Of a stretch of 64,000 nt of DNA, positions 41,460 through 53,475 are shown piece after piece. Made by a program: the position numbers and the translations under genes. Source of the stretch: Lama glama (lineage: Eukaryota); contig CM052817.1 of NCBI GenBank assembly GCA_028534125.1, forward strand, positions 34,288,001 to 34,352,000. Direction: 5' to 3'. The notes beneath the pieces are model-generated. The model saw nothing but the letters and a program-made list of their open reading frames with translations. It did not search any database and was not told the origin of the DNA. Position 1 is the first letter of the stretch, and each line of letters begins with the position of its first letter.

Positions 41460-41590
41460 CGGGGCAGAGGTTCTGAAAACTTTAGCATGTGTCAGGATAT
41501 TCCTAGGCCTACAAAACTGCATTTTAACAAGCATTTCAGGTGACTTGGTCATAGAGGGTCTACGGGCCACTCGTGGATAGCTATTGGTCT
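41460..41590. mobile_element. MER5-like hAT/Charlie DNA transposon remnant
   Basis: cagaggttctgaaaactttagcatgtgtcag...ctgcattttaacaagcatttcaggtga. Confidence 0.55.
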
Positions 41591-43811
41591 GGGTGGTCAT
41601 GCTCAGTTAGTCAACATAGCACTTTTCAATATAAAGGAAATAACTGCCCCCCTCCCAAGTAGGCAAAAATAAAGCAAAATGTTTAAAAGCAAAAGAAGAG
41701 TCTTCCAATAATGGATTCCCACTTTGTCTAAGAAAAGAAAAATGAAAACAATTTGTTTGGATGAGCACAGATATCACACGTGACTGGGAAGTCCTATGCT
41801 GAGAAACATGTCAAAACCAGTAACTTAATTTGCATGATGACCCAAATGAGAAAGAACCCATTATCTGGGCACAGTGATGTGAGAAAAAAAAAAAATGATG
41901 GTAAAAATCAAGCTCTAAATAAGCTATGGCCACCAAAACAAGAGATTCTTGAAGATCTCTCATAAATCACTGCCACAGATAATCTCACACTCTAGACACA
42001 CTTTCCTATGTTCAAAAAAAAAAAAAAGTTCTCCATTCATCGGGAGCCAAAACAACACCATACTATTCTAGAGACATGTCTCCAACAAAAAACTATTCAA
42101 CAAGGCTATCAATAATGGTAACTTCAAATTCATATCTGTAGACCAACGCTCAATTTCTTTTTTGCTCCAATAAGCTTCATTCATTTTCATTGGCAAGTTC
42201 GAGGTCTGCTCTTCAGAAAGTTCTAAAGAAATAACTCTAAGAAGTACATACGCTGCTACTCAATAAAGCTCTTCTATGTTCAAATCCTATAACCAAAATT
42301 AATTCATTTGTGCACTATTACCCTTCCAGCTCAAAGACAGGAAGGAAAAACAACAGTGCCTCTGTCTCTAGAATTTGATGGCATCAATTATAGCCCAATC
42401 CAATTAAGCAAGTCACACACTCCAAAAGGGCAACCTCATCGTTACATTCAGGGCAACCCGATTTCGGTTACTACTGCTGCTCTATGAAACACCCCAGGCT
42501 CAAAAGCAACTCATGTCTTTGTAGGATACAGTAACAAACCACATGTTCCAGACCTTCTTTCTCTTCCCATAAAGGAAGAGAGAGAGGTCTTGTCAGGGAC
42601 AGATGACTGTCCCTGGTGGAGCTGGCCTGGATGAACCAAGTCATTATTAAGAAAATTCAGTAACTGTAGACAGATGATCTTGTTACGGTATATGCATGTC
42701 TTTTTTTTTTTCTTTTAAGACAGGTGATTCTTTTCTTTTGATACAAGGAATTTTCCCCTGAACCATTTTACTTTTTCTGCCTGTTTCACCCCCTCCCATT
42801 TCTCACCCTCTGAAGAGTGGAAATCTGGAAAGCAGCAAACAATGGCTACAGAAGAGATTAGAAAGAGATGTTAGAAAGATGAGACAGAGAAAGAGAAGGA
42901 GAGAGAGAAAGGGAATTTATTTACTTCAAGGCCGTGTGTGTTCCTGATCTTGAAGGAGACTGAAATTTTAGACCGCAAGGAGAGTGGCGAGAGGCACCAA
43001 ACTTAGGTACCAAATCCTTCAGAGTAGGTTTTCAGAACGTGAACTTCTGACCATGTGCTTACTCAAAAGGACCAAAGAGCTTTGAAAGATGTAAAACTGT
43101 TTTAAATAGGAAGGTGACTACTACCTGGAGACATTTTGGGAAGCTGTCACACAACCCCGGATCCAAGCCCCAATTTCTCTTTCTCTCTCTCTCTACAAGG
43201 AGAGAGGTGTCCTGCACCAAGAAATAAGAAAAAGTTTCCTTCTCTCCTGGACCCCACCTTATACAGTGGGTGTGTGTGTGAGTTCGAACCTAAAGGGAAC
43301 AGTAGACCTGGGTCCTCGTTCGACTCATACAGAGGCAGAGCGAGGCGCACGGTGCCATGGGGAAGACCTGGGTCGCGCGGCTCCTGCAGGGCTTCCTTTC
43401 ACGAGACCGGGCTAGGATGGTGCGCGCAGCCGGACAATTTTATCACCTCCTGTCCCCGCCTGGGGGGGGCCTCTCCTGCCTGCCAGCTCTGTGACTCTTC
43501 CCATCCCCGCCTCCCGAGAGCCCAGCGGTGTATCGGTTCTGCAGACGCGCTCCCGCTCAGGATTCTGTCCGAGGCTAGAGTCGTGGAAATGGAACTGGGC
43601 TCACAAGACCACCAAGTCGCTGGGTAACCCTGGGCCAGTCACTGAGCCTCAGCTTCCTCTTCGGTAAATGAAAGAACACAAAGTGTCAAGTCACTTTAAT
43701 CTCTCCAGCTCTAACTCCGAGTTAGAGCCGGCCTCCAGGTCCTCTCCGCATCCCCATCTCTCCGCCCGCACCCGACCTCTCCTCCTTCCTTCTAGGCAGT
43801 GGGCTCCTTAC

Positions 43812-43878
43812 CCACAGAGGCAGCCCGGGTCTCCACGCAGAGCCACAGAGCGAGGGCCAGTAGCGCCTTGCTCTCCAT
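43812..43878 (-). CDS. KDR: KDR coding exon 1 (signal peptide), 67 nt
   Basis: ATG at 43878; MESKALLALALWLCVETRAASV; donor GTAAGG. Confidence 0.98.
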
Positions 43879-44179
43879 CCCGCACCTCGCGCCAAGCGCT
43901 GTGTCCAGAACTCGGGCGCCGGTTCTCTCTCCCTGGTGTTGCTCCGCGGAAAAGGCGCGGAGGTGCAACCCGCGCCGCAGCGCAGGGCTCCGGTGAGCGC
44001 AGGGCGAGGGTGCCCCGGCTCCGGCCGCGGCTGCAGGGGGGGGTTGCGGGTGCCGGTAGGAGAGGATAGCCTGGCTGAGGAGCAGCTCCCTGTTTTCTGC
44101 AGCGCGCAAGTGATGCCCCGCGCGGGCAGAAGAAACACAACCATACACCTCCAGCTCTCCCGGGGTCCCGGGACTCAGT
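43879..44179 (-). other. KDR: KDR 5'UTR (~301 nt)
   Basis: Begins ACTGAGTCCCGGGACCCCGGGAGAGC, matching my recollection of the human KDR mRNA 5' end. Confidence 0.8.
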
Positions 44180-44290
44180 GCAGGGTGGGAGCCAGGGCCG
44201 AAACTCTAGAGCGCGGGGGCGGGGCTATGCCGGTCGGGGCTGGGGCGGGGCTTCCCTTCGCAGTCGGCTCCGCCCCTCAGCCGGGTACGG
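44180..44290 (-). promoter_or_regulatory. TATA-less core promoter with GC boxes and NF-kB-like site
   Basis: GGGGCGGGGC at 44216-44225 and 44242-44251; GGGGCGGAG (minus) 44268-44276; GGGGCTTCCC 44247-44256; no TATA box. Confidence 0.85.
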
Positions 44291-46554
44291 TGCCTGGATC
44301 CGGTGCTTCCCACACCCACTATTATCTCCTAATCTCCCTGCTTTGCCCTGGACTGCGTCTGGCCCGGAGTCGCCCGAGGGAGAACGTCCCCGGGGCACCA
44401 ACCCCATTGCTGGCGGAAATAAAATGTAGCCCGTAAGGGGTTCTGATCCACTCAGAGGTTCGGTCGGTTGCTGCCCCACGACCTGGAGGTACTGGGGAGC
44501 AACAGCGGGAGCGCGCGAGGGACACTGCGCCCTCAGGAGGTGCGCCCAAGTTTAGGACAGTCTTCGGCGCCCCGCGCGCCTAAAGTGGCCGGGGGACAGA
44601 CTGAGAATCTGCTGCAGGTTGAAGCAACGAGGGAGAAGCGGATACTGAGCCGAGACGAAGGCAGGATCGCAAACTGGCAGTGACTCCGGCCAGTACGAGT
44701 GTTTTGTTTGGCCAGCACAGTGGTCGTTTAAAAACTTGAATTTGAATGCCTGTAGTTAGCATATGCACTTGCCCAGTTCTCCAAAGTTCCCGCTGTTTCC
44801 TCTTATACCTGATGCCTTCAAATGTTTTTCAGTTACCTGCCTAGCCCCAAAAGCATTTAAATTTGATCCCCTAACCGGCTTTCACCAAAACCCTAGCTCA
44901 GACCTCCGGAGAGCTGGCGGTACCAGGGCCTGGCATACCCGCGGCGTATGAGACGGTCTGCTTGGGAAAGGGCTTTTGTCCACGGAGTTATCGACCAGGA
45001 GTCCCTAGCGTGACGCTTCCTGGGCCTTTTCAGAGCCCAGCCAAGATCCCCTCAGGCCCAGGGGAAAGAAGCCTGCCTCGGCGGGCTTCACAGGAGAGGC
45101 AATGAAGCAAAGCTCCCAGACCCAGGCCTCCCAGAACACTATGTACCAAACCTCCAACTCTCTTCGCAGGTACAGACTCGTGGCTCTGTTTAGAGGAACA
45201 CTTGGATTCCCTTCTAACCACATTTGCCCTTTTTTCCTCTCCATTTCTCCCTACACCTGGGAAGTGACAGCAGATGTCCCTCAACTTCATTAAATGGGAT
45301 CTTCCAGATCCCTCAGTCTCTTACTTTCCAGGTGCTTCTTAATGACAACTTACTTAAAAGACCATCCTTTAGGGAGATGAAGAGGTACAAATGTTTTATT
45401 TCTACATCTAGTCCGAACTCCTCCTCCTGAAATACACCATTAATGCAAAGTGTTGTTTTTCTTCCAGTATTTTTAAAATATTACTGTATTTACTCTTCTA
45501 TTTTGTCAGGTTGGCAATTGAAAGACTTTGACTCTGAAATACAACATTTATGGTTTAATTTTTTTATATGAAAAGGTTTTGAATAAAAAGTCTTTTCTTC
45601 AGCAGAGGGAAGCATTTTTACCTTTTCTTTTTTCCCCAAGCAAGTTCTATGCACATACAGGTATGGGTATATCACCCTCCTTTTCTCACAAAGGGTAGCC
45701 TTGGTATAAATACTGCTCAAGTGCTGACTTTTTTCACTTTAAAATATAACTTGCAGATCGTTCTGTATCAACCCTTAGGGCTCCATCTCGTACTTTTTCG
45801 TAGTGGCATGGTGTTGCGCTGTATAGATGCACTAATATTTAATCTAGAAGGTATTTATTTGTCAGGGGGCAGAAGTACACTTAAAGAAACTCCTCTTTTC
45901 CTGCAAGTAAACTTAGTAAGGAAAACAGGATGGGCTCTGGCAAAGCTGGATAAGGGGGAGGGAGATGGAAACTGGTTTGGAGAAGGCAATTTTTCTCCAT
46001 CTCCATCTCCAAACAATTCTCTCTCAGTGTTATTTACAATTCATGACACTTCCTCTTCCACGTCTCACTTAAGAAGATAGTGTCTCCTCTGAATGCAAAC
46101 CAGAACCTGCAGGCCTGTGGTAATAGCCCCCTTTAGAAGTCTTGGAGGAAATGATGCGTCTTTGATGGCCACAAGACCAGAATTTGGCAGGGTCTCAATG
46201 AAATCAGTCTACCACATTCTCTCCCACACAGCACTTAGAAGTGCCTTGTGTTCATGAAAAATGACAAAGTCTGTTGTTGTTTTTTTTAAGTCTATTCCAT
46301 GTGCAACTGCCTCCCATTATCTGGCACCGCTGCAAAGGAGTGATTCGTGTGACTTACTCAGGCACTACAGGTTAAGATCACCGCCTATCAAAGTACGCAG
46401 GAGTATTCAGTGCCCCATAAGTGGTATTCAGGCACATTTGGGGGATGAAGCAGCCAAGAGTGGTGCTAAGTACACAGGGGCCACACTGGCTGGGCTTGCC
46501 TCCCAAGTCTACCTTTTACTATCCACGTGATCTTGACTAACTTATTGGTTGCGT

Positions 46555-46700
46555 ATCTATGAAATGCAAAAGATGATAATAATACCTTCTTCATAGGGAT
46601 TTGGCAGGAATTAAACGAGTTTCTGCAGATAAAGCATGACCTAACACCTGGTGAGCACAAGCGCCTGGCGCACAGTAAGCACCCAGCGCACATTAGGAAG
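46555..46700 (+). mobile_element. MIR 3' fragment
   Basis: gataataataccttcttcatagggatt...gcctggcgcacagtaagcac. Confidence 0.6.
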
Positions 46701-49658
46701 CATCTGCAAAGGTTAGTTATACGACAATGCACGTGCTGCTGAGATCTGAAAGGCAAGTAAGGCTCATTTCTTCAGCAGCAGTTTCTAATCACCTACTATG
46801 TGCTAGACACTACACAAGATACTAGGGTTACAGTGGTGGGAAAAAAGGCAGTGTGGGCAGAAATGAGCATCCTCACAATAGCTCCACCCAGGGCATATTT
46901 AAGTTAATCTCAGAGCTCTGTTTCTCCAGCTGCTTCTTCAGGCTTTGTGCACACAGAATATAAATTGTTCCTATCACCAAGCACACTGCACAAATTACAC
47001 TCCACAATGCCAGCTTTGGTCCATCACCACCAGTATTTTGGACTTTATATCTTAAAAAGTAAATATGAAGACCAGCAAAAGATTAATAATTGTGGAAGCT
47101 AGATGATGACCATGAAGTTTCATTTTACTATTTTCTCTACTTTTACACATTTAAAATTTTCCATGATTTAAAAAAATCTGTTTTAATTAACTACAGTCAA
47201 AGTATTGCATGATCTTGTATAACACCTCTGACTTAACCACTGTCGGTGTCTTGATGTTACCTCTGGGAAAAGCCTGAGGCAGAGAGGCAGGTGGATGAGA
47301 CCTCGCACTTTTTACTTCATCTATTTCTATAACATTTTGTCAGAACAAGAAAGTGTAACTTTTACAAATAAAAAATACAAATCCAGAGCAACTCTCTCTT
47401 CTAGTAGCTGTTATATTTTCAAATATTGTCACTTGTTGATTACGAATTTGTATGACACTTTCTCCTGTTTGCTTCACTTAATTTGTTTCCAGCATTTGTT
47501 TATGCTCTAACTGACCAGAGCCCTGACTACCTCGCCAGATGTTGGCTGGATTTCATAGCCCATTGTACTCATGACTATCGTGCGCTGGGAGATTATGAGT
47601 ACCTTTTATCTCTCATTATCCACCTTCCTTACACACCCATGTATATTTTACTCTTTGTGTGCCTGCTTTTTAACTTACATATTTGTATGTCCAAGGGAAA
47701 AAGGCTATGTTACCACAAAGTCAGGCTTGCCTTGGATGTTTCTATCAGTGTTTGGTTTCATTCATAAAGTCTTATATTCTAATAAATATAAATCAAGCTC
47801 CCCATCCTTTTTGTAAAATACATGAAACAGACCTTCATTACTTGCCACCTGAACAGGAAAAATCTCGGTTACTATAAATACATAGGCCTATGTGCTCTCC
47901 CCAACTCGCCCACACAGTTTTTTGTTATATCTCATAAGAGGTAAATGTAACAATTTTAAAATGTGGAAAGCATGCAGAGAATTTAAATAATCAACTGAAA
48001 ATCCAGAGAAGGATGTTAGAAACTAATCAAAGGGCTAACACCACTAAGCTCACACTGTGAGCAGGCACTGTTCTGAATGCTTCACTGCATCTCTGGCTTC
48101 ATTCCTACCACATCCCATAAGGGCAGCAAGCACTATTAGTGATTCCTAGTGAAGAAGAAGGGTGAAGACAAGAAATTGTTTATCCTTACATCAATGTTCC
48201 TTTGCCTTCCTAAAAGTCTTGCAAAAAAAAAATTGTTTTATGTGTTTGCAAACGATTGATGTATAGTTTCCCACCATTAGTTAATGACTTGTTAAAAGTC
48301 AAGACATTCTTTGCTTTTTAAAATAATAATAATAAACTGATTTTTGAAGCACTTACTATGTGCCAGGTATTTTCCTTGGATTATCTTATTTTAATGTTCA
48401 CAATAACTCAGTGGAGAAGGTACTATCAATACTTTCATCTCAGGACAGTGGGGATGAGATTTGAAGGTTTAAATTAACTTTTCCAAAGTCCCACAACTAG
48501 AAGGAGTAGAATCAGGACCGAACAGAAGAGAGCGAGACATCCGAGACAGACCCCTCCAGGCACTTACGGTTTCTTGTTGAGGATGGTCTCCTTCAAGGGA
48601 CGAGGCTGAGTCAGTTGATGCCACTGGCTTCCTCAGCTTCTCCTTGATGATTGCTTCCATTGTCCTAGGTGGATGGAAGGCCAAGAGTGACTTAAGACAA
48701 TCACTCTGCCACGGACCATCAGGGCAGAATTCAAGGCAGGTAACTAGATCACCCTCTCCCTCAACCCCACCCCAGGAATCCCAGCCCAACTGGAGCTTCA
48801 CCTTTACCCCTTCACAGAAAAGCAGCTGCTGCTATACACATAATCACATGTGCAATGGGGGCACTGGGGGTATTTTTTTTTTTTCTGCCGTAGATTTTTT
48901 TTTGTCCTTTAGCCTCTTAGAAAACTTTTTTTTTGTCCTTCATTATCCAGCTTAAATGTCCTTCCTATGTAATATGTCTTAGTTTTTTACTCAATTGCTT
49001 TCTTGAACTGAGACCCTCCCAGAAGAAACAGGCAGAGGTTAAATCTTACCTGAGCAGGTAGTTGAGTTTAGAAGGATAGTTGTTAAGGTATAATAAGAAT
49101 GGTGAAATGCATGATGTTGGTACTTATTTAATAAAAATGTACTCTGTACTTGACATACTTATAACACATCTAATTAAATAGAGCTATTGCAAAGATCTGT
49201 AAGTTTCAAATCGTATGTGCTGGAAATGTAAAATGTACCTTACAAATCATTCTTTAATTCACATTTAAATAATAGTCATACACTTAATAAATACATCTAG
49301 AACAATACTGGATTTAAACTTTATCCTAGACAAATTAGTATGGACTATTTTGTTCACAGAGCTAGCAAATTACTTTCCTTTTCCTATACACACACAGCAC
49401 TTACACGACATCATGTATAATAATATGACTATGCTTATGTCACTGTTTCTCCCTAAAAGCAGAAATTAAGTCAAATGTATTTTGTATTCTCAGCACCTGG
49501 CACAGTCTCTGTGCCTCCTCTCCTCTCAACACATCGATGAAGTTAGAATTATTATTTCCCTTTCTTCTGTTCTTTGTTTCTTCACTGTTTTTTCCCTCAG
49601 AACCACAGGCCTCTTGGATATCCACCACAATTATCCTCACAGAAAGCAATTTATTGGA

Positions 49659-49864
49659 GAGGGGAGGGTATAGTTCAGTGGTAGAGTGCATGCTTAGCAT
49701 GCATAAAGTCCTGCCTGGGTTCATTCCCCAGTACCTTCATTAAATAAACAAACAAACAAACCTAATTGCCTCCCCCACACACACACACAACAAAAAAGTG
49801 TTAAAAACTTTTTTTAAAAGAAAAACATATCCTTACATTTAAAAAATCATAGTCATTAAGAAAA
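49659..49864 (+). mobile_element. tRNA-derived SINE (camelid Vic-1-like) with 16-bp TSD
   Basis: ggggagggtatagttcagtggtagagtgcatgcttagcatgc...gggttcattccccagtacc with Pol III A/B boxes; TSD AAAGCAATTTATTGGA at 49643-58 and 49865-80. Confidence 0.88.
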
Positions 49865-50889
49865 AAAGCAATTTATTGGAATAAATACAACTATACAATA
49901 TCAACATAGACACAGAGTGAAAAAGTTCTCAATGTATTAATCAGTTAAGACTGGAATTTTGTTTTCTTATTTGAGTAACCAAGAAAAAGAAAAAGAGCAT
50001 TTATAAGATATGCATGTGTTATACAATAAGTGGGTGATTTGAATTTCACTTCTATGTCTTTTGCAGATTGTAACCATTTTCCAGTGAATTAATACCATCT
50101 CCCCTCCTAAACGATTATGAAGTTTTCAAAGAACTGAGTAGCACAAAAACAAATGCTTTTGTTTCCCAGAGAATTGTTATAACTCACTCACCCCTCAAGA
50201 GAAGAATATATCCACTTCCAATTTAGTGGTATTAGTTTGCAGTGCTGTTCACAGTTCTACAGAATCAAGATCGCGTTTCCCCATGATGTTGTTTCACCAG
50301 CATTGAGAGCCAGTCAATGACAGCAGGAAAGTTTTATGTTCTTTGTATATAAACTTAGTCTTAAGGTTTCCAAAACATTGGTGAGTAGTCCCTTGAGGCA
50401 CAAATAAAAATTCTCTTTCTGTATGTTTCTGAACATTCATTTCCAATACATCACTGCTTTGCTGTACATAATAAAACCAAGCGGAACAGCTCACCAAGGA
50501 ACACCGCACACAGAGAGAAATTTTTAAAGATTTTAAAAAAATACAACTTCGGATCTAACTGATAATTATCTAGAAATTGGTCAGGCTGGTTATAGGCAGA
50601 TGAAAGACCATAAGGGAATTATTTCATGCATCTGACCACATCAAATAAATAGAAGTTCCATATGTGGAGAAAATGAGTCTAGTAACAAAGCAACACATCG
50701 AAAATATTAGACATTATAAAAATTCTGGAAAGAGAGAGGCTATCCCCCATCTTCTCTCTTCAAATATAATAGCTTCTCCTTAATCTTGACTCTGTCCAGC
50801 ATCTCCACCACATCTATCCCACGGTCCACCCCATCTGTCTTTGCTTGATTCTCGTTACACTGTACACACCTACTCATCCAGCCAATGCA

Positions 50890-51780
50890 CTTCACTGGCT
50901 TAAGCTCCTTTGCTCAACTCTAAACGTAGGAAATCTCCAAATTATTCTTGGGCATCATCCCTTTTTGTCTTTGTCATGACTTTCTCAGAGATCTCATTCC
51001 CCCTTGTGCCTTCAACCATCTTCCTTATGGGGAAAACATGTAAAGTTGCACTTTCCAGCTCTGATTTCTACCCTAGCTCCAGACTCCAGCCCTCCCTGGA
51101 CATCTCTGTGTGTATGTTCCCCTGGTCTCTTAAAGTCAAAGTGTACACAACTGAACTCTTTCTCTCTTCACTCCTATACAGCCTCCTGCAGCCTTCTTAA
51201 GTGCAGAGTCCTTCAAAATGCTTATACACCATACCTGGCAGCCGTGTTATTCCCCTGCCCTTTTCCCCCACCCAAATCCAATACTGTCTTCATTCTTTAC
51301 ATCTCTCATATCTATCCCCTATCTTCATTCATCAGACTGCCCTGATTCATGACCATTTTGCCTTTGTCCTGGAATTTTCCAATCCATCCATCATTCTGCT
51401 GCCAAAGTTATCTTCCTAAAAACACACGGTTCATCTGTCCTTTATCTTTGACAGTTGGCATTTGCACACAGCATAAAGCCTCAAATTCTAAGCCTGGTGT
51501 TCAAGGCTTCATTCTTTGCCTGCTTCCTGTTTTTCCAGCTTATCTTCTAGTATACCATAGATATATTCTATATTCCAGCCATACACAGTCTACTAGCCAC
51601 TTCCAAAAAATGCTTTATGCCCTCTTATCTCCAGGTTTGTGTTCAATATGTTTTCTTTGCTTAGAATGTACTTTACTCCAATATCTGCCTATCTGCTTCC
51701 CTTCAAAACCAGGCCCCAAGAAGTCTCCTCAATCCTTACTGCTCCTCCCTTGCCCATCAGAATGACTCTTTTCCCACCTG
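50890..51780 (+). mobile_element. Degenerate LINE-2
   Basis: Pyrimidine-rich; tccagactccagcc...ctggacatctct...aactgaactc; aattctaagcctggtgttcaaggc. Confidence 0.55.
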
Positions 51781-52127
51781 CAATAGCCAGGATTCTTCAG
51801 ATTGTAAGCAACAGAAAAACCAACCCAATCTGGCTTAAACATATAGGATCATGTTGCTGTACATTATGGGCTGGTTTCAGGTAGTTTTATCTAGAATCTC
51901 AGTGTGTCATCCTGCTATTTTTCTGTATGATTTTTCTCAATTCTGTCCTCAGGCTCTCCTCATAGTAGGAAAAAAAAAATGGCTGTATATCCTCACACCA
52001 CACTGTCCACAGAAAAAGAAAATTCTTTGCCAGAAGCTCTTGAGAAATAATGAGGAGGATTCTTGGTCTTCAGCAAGCATCTCCTTGCATCTCATTTGCT
52101 CATCCCTACACCGATTACCAGGGATAG

Positions 52128-52245
52128 CGTCTTAGTCCCTTTGGGCTGCTATAACAAGAAACCACAGACTGGGTGGCATACAAACAACAGAAATTTACTT
52201 CCCACAGTGCTGGGGGCTGGAAGTCTGAGATCAGGGTGCCAGCAA
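52128..52245 (-). mobile_element. MaLR LTR fragment (MLT1A/MST-like)
   Basis: gtcttagtcc...gggctgctataacaa...cacagactgggtggc...aacaacagaaatttact...ggctggaagtctgagatcagggtgccagca. Confidence 0.8.
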
Positions 52246-53287
52246 GATTGCTCAATAAAATACCCCTCTTGATAAAACAGTCACTAAAAAGCTGCTTCTT
52301 GTCTTTCAGCCTTCCAATTCCAGTTATCCCTCAATCTTGCCTGTTCTTCTTTCCTAACATATTTGTTTTTTCCAGCTTATTCTTATATTAAACTGATCAT
52401 GAAGTTCTGACCATCTTTTGGCTCAACTTCTAGAACTTGTAGAATAGCATATTTGAAAAAATCAATCAATCTCATGTGTTGACCCAAAACTGTCCTCCTA
52501 AGTCTCAATATTCTTCCTCCTGACCTGATCTCCAATATCAAATATTTAATGTCTTTCATCTCATAATCATATACCATGAGGAACCAATACAGCATCATAT
52601 TTGGATTTGCTCCTGACAATAATTCTCATGAGACAACATGTCAACTGACTCCTTGAAGCTGCCCCTCCCATGAGATGGAACCCATAGAACTACAGGATCC
52701 CTTAAGAGATTATTCAACCCAGTCTCCTGTCTTCAGTCAACAAGTCATTAGCCACCAAGAAAGGTCTTGATTATCTGCACCTTGAAGAAGTACTGGAAAG
52801 ATTCTCCATAACCATACTTGGCAATGCAGAATCCCTTCTAGCATGTGGCTATGACATAGTCTTACGAAAAATTTAACACCATGAGGCTTAACACCACACT
52901 CTGTACCCAGAAACTCGCTGCAGTACCAGAGGTCTGCTCCTTGAGGCACTGCTATTATCTTCACTTCATAGGTGTGGAAACTAAGGCTCAGAGAGGTTAG
53001 TTAAGTAAGAGGTTAACTAAGGCTTGAGTACAGGTGGCAGATTTCTGAGAAATCCCTATTCATTCAGCAAATGATTAGTTTACTTTTTAATAGCAAGGTA
53101 ATTATGACATATCTATGCAAACACCAGAAGTTCAGACTTTTCAAAAGCAAATGAACTGGATATACTGTTCATGATTTTTACTAGAGGCTTTATTGAATAT
53201 TTATTATTTTAGTTTTATTTTGTAATTTATTAAATTATTTTATTGACTTATTTTTATTTATTAGAGAGTTTATCTATTAATGTTAAA

Positions 53288-53475
53288 ATAGTGGTTCTCA
53301 ATTCTGACTGCACATTAGAATCTCCTAGGTCTGGGAGCTTTGAAAAAAATACTGGTACCTGGCACCAGCCTACATTAATTAAATCAGAATCTCTGGGAGG
53401 AAAACTTGACCAACAGATATTTGTGTGTGTTAGAATGTGATTCAAATGTACAGCCAGAGTAGAGAAACATTGTGT
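53288..53475. mobile_element. MER5B-like DNA transposon
   Basis: agtggttctcaattctgactgcacattagaatc...aattaaatcagaatctctggg...gtgattcaaatgtacagcca...gagaaacattg. Confidence 0.75.

Larger units (their letters stand above)
43310..44710. promoter_or_regulatory. CpG island spanning KDR promoter and exon 1
   Basis: Abrupt rise in GC and CpG density against AT-rich, CpG-poor flanks. Confidence 0.9.

Noticed and set aside
43136..44436. Long + strand ORFs (163, 133 and 166 aa) antisense to exon 1 and the promoter
   Set aside because: Expected stop-codon scarcity in a CpG island; low-complexity R/G/P/A content; no recognisable domain
49661..49735. tRNA-like sequence with A and B boxes
   Set aside because: It is the head of a SINE (TSD and A-rich tail present), not a tRNA gene
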